Below, piece by piece: positions 53,510-64,000 of a DNA stretch of 64,000 nucleotides. This stretch comes from the human T2T-CHM13v2.0 reference genome, Homo sapiens: the NCBI RefSeq assembly GCF_009914755.1, contig NC_060927.1. The stretch is one strand, 5' to 3'. The position numbers were made by a program, and so were the translations under genes. Numbering within the stretch: the stretch's first letter is position 1; each line of letters starts with the position of its first letter. The notes under the pieces were generated by a model. The model had not been told where the DNA came from. It did no database searches and saw only the letters and a program-made list of their open reading frames with translations.

Positions 53510-55561
53510 TAACTTTATATGGAACCACAAAAAATGCAGAATAGCCAAAGCTATTCTGAGCAAAAAGAACAAAACTAGAAAAAATCACATTACCTGACTT
53601 GGAATTATTCCACAAAGCTATAGTAATCAAACCATTACCGGACTGGTATAAAAACAGATACATAGCCTAATAGAAAATAATAGAGAACCCAGAAATAAAT
53701 CCATTCATCTACAGTGAACTTATTTTTCACAAAGATGCCAAGACCATACATTGAAGAAAGGACAGTTTCTTCATTAAGTGGTGCTGGCAAAACTAGATAG
53801 AAAATATGCAGAAGAATGAAATTACACTTCTCTCTCTTGCCGTATACAAAATCAAATCCAAATAGACAAACAACAAATCTAAGACCTCAAACTGTGAAAC
53901 TACCAAAAGAAAACCCACTGGGGAAACTCTCCAAGAAATCTGACTGGGCCAAGATTTCTTTAGCAATTTATTGAGCACAAGTACAGGAAACCAAAACAAA
54001 TACAGACGAATGGGATCGCATCAAGTTAAAAAGCTTCTCTACAATAAAGAAATCTTCAACAAAGTGAAGTGAAAACCCACAGGATGAGAGGAAATGTTTG
54101 CAAGCTATTCATCTGACAAATAATTAATAACCAGTATATATGAGAAGCTCAAACAACTCTGCAGAAAAAAGAATAATAATCCAACTAAAAAATGGGCATA
54201 TCTAAATGGACATTTCTCAGAAGATGTAGATATAGCAAACAGTTATATGAAAAGGTGCTCAAAATCAATGATCATCAGTAAAAGTAAATCAAAACTCTCC
54301 TCAGATATAGCCTTACCCCAGTTAAGATACTTTGTGTCTAAAAGATATTAACATGCTAGTGAGGACTGAAGAAAAGGGAACCCTCATACACTGTTGGTGG
54401 GAATGTAAATTAGTGCAATCACTATAGGGAAGAGTTTGGAGATTCCTCAAAAGACTAAAATTAGAGCCACCATATGATCAGGCAAGCCTGCTGCTAGCTA
54501 CATATCTAAAATAAAGAAAATCAGTATATAGAAAAGATTATCTATCTGCACTCTCATGTTTATTGCAGCACTATTCACAATATACACAATGAAGTACCAT
54601 TGAGCCCTAAAAAAATTTGAGATCCTGTCATTTGCAATAGCATAGATGGAACTGGAGGACATTAAGTGAAATAAACCAGTCAGAGAAAGACAAACCTTGC
54701 ATGTTCTCACTTACTTATGAAAGCTAACAATTAAAACAATGAGACTAATGGAGATAGAGTGTAAAACATTGATTACCAGTGCCTTGGAATGGTAGTAGGG
54801 GGTGGTAAGAGGAGATGGTTAATGAGAACAAAAATATACTTACATAGAATGAATAAGATCTAGTATTTGATAGCACAGCAGGATTAGTACAGTCAACAAT
54901 AATTTATAGAACATTTTAAAATAGCTAAAATATTATATTTGGATTCTTTTTAACAAAGAATGGATAAGTTCTTCAGGTGATGCATACCCCATTTCACCTG
55001 ACATAATTATTACACATTGTATGCCTGTATCAAAATATCTCATGTACATCATAAATTTATACACCTTCTATGTACCTGCAGAAAATAAGAAATAAAAAAA
55101 AGATGACAGGAGTACAAATTGGTTTGTAAATAGAAAAAAAATTTACTCTTTTTATGTATAAAATACAGATATGCCTATTTACAGATATACATGTACATAT
55201 ATAATATTAAAGTTTTACATATGGTGATATGGAGGTTGATCTATATTTTCTCACTTCAGGGAGATCCCTGTACGTTCTTTACCTAGCTATGTATTATAGT
55301 ATTAAAATTTTATACAGGAGCGATTAGGGAAAATAAATGACTAAAGTGACCCCACAGGGTGGTGATAATTTAAAAATAAGGTTGAGAAACCCTGACTTGG
55401 AGGAAAGTTATCACCAGGGTGATAGCAGTTGCACCTCCAGAATTTCTATATTGGGATTGGGTGTTCCAAAAGACAATATTGTTGGAAATGGAAGTGATTT
55501 GAGAAGTGGTTGCAGAGAAAAGTTAGAAGATTTTGCTTGAAATTTATTGCATTTGCATAAT

Positions 55562-56162
55562 TGTGGTAGCCAGAATTCTAAGACAGCCCCCAAGAGCCAT
55601 GTATACATGGCTGGTGTACATTCGCTGTATAATGCAATATCCTTGAGTGTAGGTGGGATCTGATAATATGATGAATATTATTTTCATGATTAGATTACAT
55701 GGCAAGAGTAAAGATGTTTTTCAGATGTAATTAAAGGGCCTAATCAGTTGACATTAAGTTAATCAAAAGAGGTATAATTCTTGGTGTGCCTCCCATAACT
55801 GGGTGAAGTCTTTTAAAAGAAGATGAAGCATAAGAGACATTACAATGGTGACCTTAAGGAAAGCAGACAACCATTTGTGAACTGCATATAGAGTGAGGTG
55901 ACTTCATGAGCTGAGGACCTTGGTTTTATAACATCAGGAAATAAATTCTGCCAACATCCACATAAGTATGGAGGAGTACTTTGAACCTCAGATGAGAACT
56001 GCAGCTCCAGCTGACACCTTGATTACAGTAGGATCAGAGAAGGGAACACAGCTAAACTATGCCTATACTTCTGACTTATAGAAACTGTGAGATAATAAAT
56101 GGATGTTTTTAAGCTGGTATATTTGAAACAATCTGTTACACATATGTAATAAATTGCTACAT
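55562..56162 (+). mobile_element. MLT1E/F-like solo LTR
   Basis: tgtggtagccagaattctaaga..cctcagatgagaactgcagc..cttctgacttatagaaactgtgagataataaat. Confidence 0.82.
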
Positions 56163-57761
56163 GCTGAGCACAACACTTTTATTTAAATTTAAATAAAAAT
56201 TTGTAATATTTGACACATTCAATGCCTGATCTGATCATTAAAGCCTACTGTGCTACCACTGACAAGAAAGTACTATAGAAAAATATATATGGTGAGAAGT
56301 AAAGGAATACAAATAATCATGGTTTATAATATGGCCCAGGATGAATATTCTTTTGATGGGGATTTCAAATGGATTTATTTAACTTTGAAAATTGATATAG
56401 TAAGTGAAATGTTAAAATATCTTTTAATATACATCAATTGATGTATCTTTTGACCTAATGTAGTTATTATTAAATACACTTATGAGTAGAGACAGTAGCA
56501 TCTGTACAACAAACTTGATTAACCCAAGTTGACATAGTGCAAAAGTAATGGATCAAAGTCTAGAACCTAGGTCTTTCGAGAGATTAGACAGACATTCTCC
56601 TACAGTTTCCTTCTTCTAACCCATCTTAGTAATGATTTCTTATTCACTTAGAATCCAACCTTCATTTGATTTATGATACTGCTTACCATAAAATTACACT
56701 TTAGGGGAAATGAGGAAGAAAAACATATTTTAATGTAAAGGTAGATAAACATGCATGACTGGAATAAGTATATACAACTATGCTTAGTACTTTTATTCCA
56801 CAATAAATGTTAATACTATTAAGATGACTCAAGCCATGACATACTTTATGTTTCAACTTAAAACTGACGTATCTTGCAGTAGTAGTTCCTTCTAAGGTAA
56901 AAAGATTGATTCTGTATTCAGTTTCAGATCTGAAACTAGATTATTAGTATTCTATGTTGGAAAGATTCTTCCTCTCTAAAAGTTATAAAGAAACAAGAAA
57001 ATATTTGAACCATACTTTAATGTGGTCATAAGCCCCATATTCTATGTACTGAGGCAATTAATTTATTTGGCAATATTTAATATTATTTACCAAAATATTA
57101 TAAATACTTATTTTTCTAAAAGATTATAAAAGATTTATATTTTCTAAAAGATTATTTTTCTAAAAGATTATACATGCTCAATTCTTAAATTTTGCATTAT
57201 GCTTCATACAATTTATACTCACTTTTCATGTTTGATAAATGTTTCTGTTTCAGATGGGAAGTTAACCCTGAAATTTAAAAAGATCCGTACATAAGCTGAG
57301 TACATTGTGGTTTTTAAGGTATTTACAGCATACACATAGCAATACTGCTTTTTCTGCAGAAATCTCTTCTGTACAAATGTCTGTAGGATATTGAGCTACT
57401 ACAGTAACTACTATGCCAATTTAAAAGATTTGTGAGTCATTCAAAATTAGGTGATTCTATATTAACAACTATGATAATTGCCTCTGTAAGGATATTCAAA
57501 GGTAAAAAGATTTTGTTTTAGATCATCTTCATAATGCATTATAGAATGTGAGACAACGGGACTACAGAATGTGAAAAATTATGAAAATCACTTATGTTCT
57601 AGACAAAGCCTTTTTTGAGAACTGAAATTTACATTTTGAAGCCCTTCCTAAAGTTCATAGATTAGAAATACAAGTTTAACCTCACAAACATTTGAGGCAC
57701 TTCATTTTCCTTCTTAAATTTACCCCATTTGCTCTCTTCAAATATATATAAAGAAAAATAT

Positions 57762-58190
57762 TGTATTTGTTTTCAATTGCTGACATGAAAAATTACCACA
57801 AATTTAGCGGCTTAAAACACACAAACTTACTCTCTTACTCTTCTGTAGATCAGTTGTCTAGTGCATATCTCATGGAGTTAGAATTAAGGTTTTATCAGAA
57901 AGAGTTCCTTGCTTCTTACAGATTCTTGAGGCTACCAGCAATCCTTGGCTTCTGGCTATATGACTCAGATCTGTTTATTATCACAGTATCTTTTTTTCTC
58001 TCTGATATTCAACCTATTTCTTAAAAGGACCATGATGATTATATCAGGCCCACTCAGGTAATATTTCCATCTCAATATCATTAATTTCATCTTATCTGCA
58101 AAGTCCCTTTTACCATATAAGGTATCAGTCAAATGTTCTAAGGATTAGGAAATGGATATCTTTGGGAGGTATTTCTTCAGCCTATCGCAA
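57762..58190 (-). mobile_element. MLT1-family solo LTR (internally deleted)
   Basis: aattaccacaaatttagcggcttaaaaca..tctgcaaagtcccttttacc..ggattagga. Confidence 0.8.
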
Positions 58191-58924
58191 GTACTGATGT
58201 TCAACTTCATAAGTTTGGGAGTCACTATTTGAAGACTGAAGAGTCCCCAACAAGGAAAAATTCTTAGAGGGATAATGCTTGGAAACTCAGCAAGTAGCTA
58301 GCTGCTTAGGTAAGCTGAAGGGGAAAATACAATGCTGTACAATTTTATGGACAATTTTCATGGCCATGAGTGGAGAGCTGTTGATCTTATTCAAAAGTTG
58401 TGTTTATTTTTAAATATTGGAATTTACAATTATTAGAAAGCTGTCATGACCCAAGACTCATTTTATTTGTTTGTTTATTCAAGTAGAACATTGGTAGCCA
58501 TATGATGTCTGGTCAGGCAGTTTGGAAAACTGTTGACGTCGTTAGAATGTCATCATGGACCTTAGGAGAGCTAAACTGCTCAGCTACCTCTATTTGGTAA
58601 TATCAAAGATTCTTTCCTCTGGGATATTGGAGGGTTTCAATTACCGTAGAATTATAAAGTTCATGAGCAGTTCCTAGATTTTAGCTGTAGAACTAAATTC
58701 ATAATAATTTAGTTTCTTTTTTATTATATAATGAATATGCTGAGATTAACTAAATGAAAAGCAACTATTAAAGCATATGCTTAATAGCTCAACAAATTTT
58801 GAGCTATTAAGCATATGTTAGGGACGAATATATTTTGTACTGGACTTAAGCCAATATACTCTCTTATAACATTATTAAATAATGGCAACTATAAGGAACT
58901 TTTACCTTCGCTGATTTTTTAGAA

Positions 58925-59095
58925 TCTGCCAAATATTTGCATTTATTAACTTATATAATCCTGAGTATAATCCTATATGGTAGCTGCTATTTTAATATGC
59001 ATATTCACATACTTAGGAAAAAACCAGAAAGGCATTTGAACCCAGACAATGTAGCTTCAAAACTGATGTTCTTAACTACTAACACTATACTGTCC
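58925..59095 (-). mobile_element. MIR relic
   Basis: atttgaacccagac..cttcaaaactgatgttcttaactactaacactatactg. Confidence 0.65.
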
Positions 59096-59351
59096 ATATG
59101 AAATTTTACCAAACTTCAACAAAGTTAATTCCTAAAATTCCAGTGGGAGTTCTATTAACAAGTCAATGATGCTTTAGTGAAAAGAACTATAGTACAAAAT
59201 GAATGAAGCAATAGAAACTAGCACAATTTGTTAAAAAAAATCTAAGATGTGGAAATAAAATGAGTTACTGCCACATAAAGCAAAAAGCTCCTTGGAGAAT
59301 TTTCATATGCTTTCCATACTAAGGTATTGATAGCCACTTGGACGGGCGTAG

Positions 59352-59835
<484 letters not shown>

Positions 59836-61975
59836 TAAAACAATATATTTTTAAATTTACAACTGTAGTAAGAGGCACACACACCACAATGAAATATCAT
59901 ACTTGTAATCTAAGTGATGCAACAGTTGCAGAAATTATTTAGCTGGCAAGTGTAGTCATAAATACTTATAATTTGTATATTTATTATGCATACTTTATTA
60001 ATTGCATTTATGTTGCTTTAGGTATATCTTGAGATATGCTTGAATTTTGTAACAAATATAATTTGTCTCAAATATAAAGTCACTCTAGAAAGTTACCTCT
60101 GCTTTCAGATGTCTTCAGAAATTCACCAAAAATATGAGGAGCTTGTCATGAGTTTAAGAAAATATTAGCTAGTTAAGAATCTAACACGGCATTCCAAAAG
60201 GGTGTTCGGTCATTATTGCCATAACCCTTCTTTTTTTTCTCACTCACTATTTACTACCAGCCCTACCATTTCTCTCCTGGTCCCACTTCTCACCAGTTAC
60301 TTATGTGAACATTCACACCCCATACATACTCTTTCATACTTTGATGGAAATATCAGAAGTGATTTGGTTATTGGGCATTTTTGTCTCTGGTATTAAAATG
60401 TCAATATATAAACTGTACACTATAACTGGAATTCCAGGCTATCTGATTTATTTTAAATGCTTCTGGTTCTCATCTAAGTTCTGTATCAACTTATCATTTC
60501 TGCTTTTGCTACTTAATGACCTAGACTTGTACTCAGAATTTATTTCTGCCTCTATCATTTAGCAGAGAAAATTCCAGTAAAACACGCTAAGTGCTAAGTT
60601 CTAAATGACAGGTGGAGTATGATTTCACAGGCCTCTTGCAATTTATGTGGGCAGTATGAACATTTTCTGGCTGAATTGCTGATTATTTTTATTGAGCAAG
60701 TGTATTTTCTTCTATGGTTAACTTTGTTGCTCGATTATTACTCAATTACTTATTTTATTGAGCAAGAGCATTTTCTTCTATAGTTGATTTTTGTTACTCA
60801 ATTGTCCTCTAGCTGTAGTATCGGCATAAAAGTATAAATATCCTTGCTAGACGATGCCTGCTTACTCTTGTGGTAGTTTTACAGTTTAAGAGTTTATACT
60901 TTTGCTTATTAAAAATATGAGTTGCAATTTTAGTACATGTTATTATTACCAGGCTACTAAAGTTCTTAGGCAACATGCTTGTTTATTTCTTTTTATTCTT
61001 TCCTACTTTTGTAACAGTTCCCTCTGTCCCATAAAGTGTTAAAAGTGGGTTTTGCCATATTTATCATTATTACAGAAAATGAAAATACCATAGTAACTAT
61101 AAAAAAACATAAAAGCCAGTCCATGGTGGCTAATATTATGGGTCCTTGTTATAAAAACCAAAATCAATTCAGCTGAATGAAAAAGCTGGAATTTACCCAA
61201 GCTCCCTCTGTGTGCTGTCTTCCATTTGAAACAGCTCAGTGCATCTTAGAAAGAATATAATAAAGGATTAAGAAAAAAATTAAGTGTTTTAAGATACCTT
61301 TTGTAAAAATAAACTTAATTTTCCTTTTTTTTAACTAAAGGCCTACTTTAGCTCACATATATCAAACAGCAGACCAAAGTGATTATTTCGATTTATTTTG
61401 ACAACAATTCATTGTAATTATTTTGAAGTAAAGAACTGGACTTCATTTTTTTTTCTGCCTAGGAAGTAAGACACTGTCATTAAAAAAAATATATTGACTA
61501 AGAATTTACATTAGATTGACCATGTGAATTATCATAAGTTCATACTGCCAAACACTGCTTTCTTTATACAGAATGATTTCTCAGATGCTATGGAATTACT
61601 GAATTGAACTCTATTTTATACAAGAAAACAGATTTCTAAAACTGTGACTTATTCATTTTGTATAAAAACATGATATAATGTATCTGAAAAATAAAACACT
61701 TTATGGAATTCTAAATTAAAGAGACATTTTTATGTTAGACAGAATTCTGGCATCTCCTCAGTGTATTTGTATTCGTGAATATGTGTGTTATATGAATGAA
61801 TAAATTTTGGAAAGGAACTATATTTTCTATCTAATCTTTTTCGAATAACTCAGTTATTTAAGTAATTGCAGTTTTTGTAATGAAGATTACTTTTGCACCA
61901 ATCTAATATATTGCTCTTTGTTGGATCTGGGATTTAGTTTGATCCTACTTACTACTTAATATGTTAACCTGCGGC

Positions 61976-62396
61976 TGTTACATATGCTGGCAGAAGACAA
62001 GAGACTCCTGAGTTAGAGTTAAGGGATTTTATTGATTCCAGAACACAAAGCATCTATAGTCATCATGAACATATTTCTATCCATTCTCTTTGTCCCCAAG
62101 TCTCACAAGGGCCATGTGAAGCAGCCTGGGTGGATATTGCATTTACAATGGGTTTGCTTCACAGCTGAGGGAAAACACTGACCTAGGGAATCTACTCCTT
62201 TCATATCAAGCAGTAAGCAAACATACTCTTTGTCTGGTAATACATCATCTCCCAAGGTTACTGCACACACACCCTACAAAATGGCAGAGGTGAAAAGTGG
62301 TCAGGGCCTTGTATTCTTAGCATACTCAGCAAGAAATACAGAAAAACAAGAAGTCCAAAGAGGATTTTTAGTACTCACACACTGTCCCTCCTCACA
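61976..62396 (-). mobile_element. ERVL solo LTR (LTR41/LTR40-like)
   Basis: Reverse complement reads ttcttgctgagtatgctaagaatacaaggccctgaccact. TG..CA termini. Confidence 0.65.
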
Positions 62397-63599
62397 AAAA
62401 ATAAAAGATACAATTGATGTCTAACTTGTTTACATAGCTGTAGCATAATTTAGAATAAGTTTTATGGTACTGGTGATATATAAATACATATTTTTAAATG
62501 ATGTTGTCTATTTTAGTAATGATGGACTACTAGAACAAACTTAAACAGTCAAAATTTCTATTTTATTCATATTCTGGAAATATAAAATTCTATTAGTTTT
62601 AGCTATTTAACTATTAAAATGATATAATATGGATTCATGCAATTCAAAGTTTTTCAAATAACGGAAAATATTATCAATATAAAAATAGAGCTAATATATA
62701 ATTATTTCTCTCTTAATTTCTTAAAAATAAAACTGTTCCTCGGGTGAATTTAAGGGGAAATAGGTAATAAATTATCATAGTAAAGATATTTGCTTATTTG
62801 AATACTAGGGTTTGGATGAAATTGTATGATGATGTATTTGATATATTATTTTACAAATAAAAATGCATTTGTTTTGTACATTTGAAAGAAGTTTTAAAAT
62901 TGTATTCTGAGCGATAGGGTGTGTTTTGAAAATAAAATATGATTTTGTAAATTACATTATTTTCAATATCAGGTAAAATATGAGAAAGTAGTTTATAACT
63001 ATATTAAAAAAGCTAAAGTTCAAATTATTTAAATGGTTTGTCTATTATTTAGGGCAGGACACTAGTTTGCAGAGAAAACAACTTTAAAATTGAATCTTTG
63101 GAGGACTCCACAGGATATTAATGTACACTATTTCTTCTTGATCGTTTGAAATTGAAAAGTATATAAAATCAGAATAATTGACAATTTATTGCTGGCCCAA
63201 TACATACTATATAAAATGACATGCTAAAGCCTACAGATTTCTTCCACATTAATGAATAATTGTGTCAATGGTAACTATCACTGTATGTGTTTATTAAGTT
63301 AAATTTATTCACTTTCGGGAGTAAAAAACTTTGATTTCCAATTATTAGTTGAAATATTACTTCGTGTTTTCTCTCCATAGTTCTCCTCTTTCATTAGTTC
63401 ACTTACAAGAGATTACAGCTCGTTGCCTTGTGGATTTTAGCCAGTCATCCTAGAGTCGAGCCTCTATATATCCTTTCTAAAAGCCTGAAAGTATGGAAGA
63501 AATTCTGTTCAGCAAGGATTCAGGAGATATTGAGGAGTGTTTGGAAACTGAAAGGAGTTCGGTTCCGAGGAAATCTGTGAAGGCAATAGCAGTTTTTGG

Positions 63600-64000
<401 letters not shown>

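Larger units (their letters stand above)
50805..55100 (+). mobile_element. L1MA2/3-like element (ORF1 middle to 3' end), interrupted and internally deleted
   Basis: ORF1 motifs (aaggataaagaaaggatcctaaaagcagc), ORF2 endonuclease region, 3' UTR gaataagatctagtatttgatagcacag..tctcatgtacatcataaat, A tail. Confidence 0.88.

Overview
AT-rich, CpG-depleted primate (human-like) genomic DNA with no supportable protein-coding gene, RNA gene or CRISPR array. It looks intergenic or deep intronic. Much of the window is interspersed repeat: several L1 copies of different ages (one near-full-length with an internal deletion, two with twin-priming-type inversions, two 5'-end remnants), Alus (AluY, AluSp, AluS) mostly with clear target-site duplications (TSDs), MaLR LTR elements (a nested MST complex, THE1-like elements, MLT1 solo LTRs), an ERVL LTR41-like LTR, hAT DNA transposons (MER1B, MER20, MER5, MER102, Charlie-type), and MIR/L2/L3 relics. 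The listed ORFs are repeat-derived or chance ORFs. I found no convincing undescribed biological system. The most notable observations are structural: a four-level nested L1/Alu/MST/inverted-MST locus, two related ~125-bp segments that translate as mariner-like transposase, a hAT target site apparently used twice, and several perfect hairpins. Subfamily calls come from remembered consensus motifs and need RepeatMasker/Dfam confirmation.
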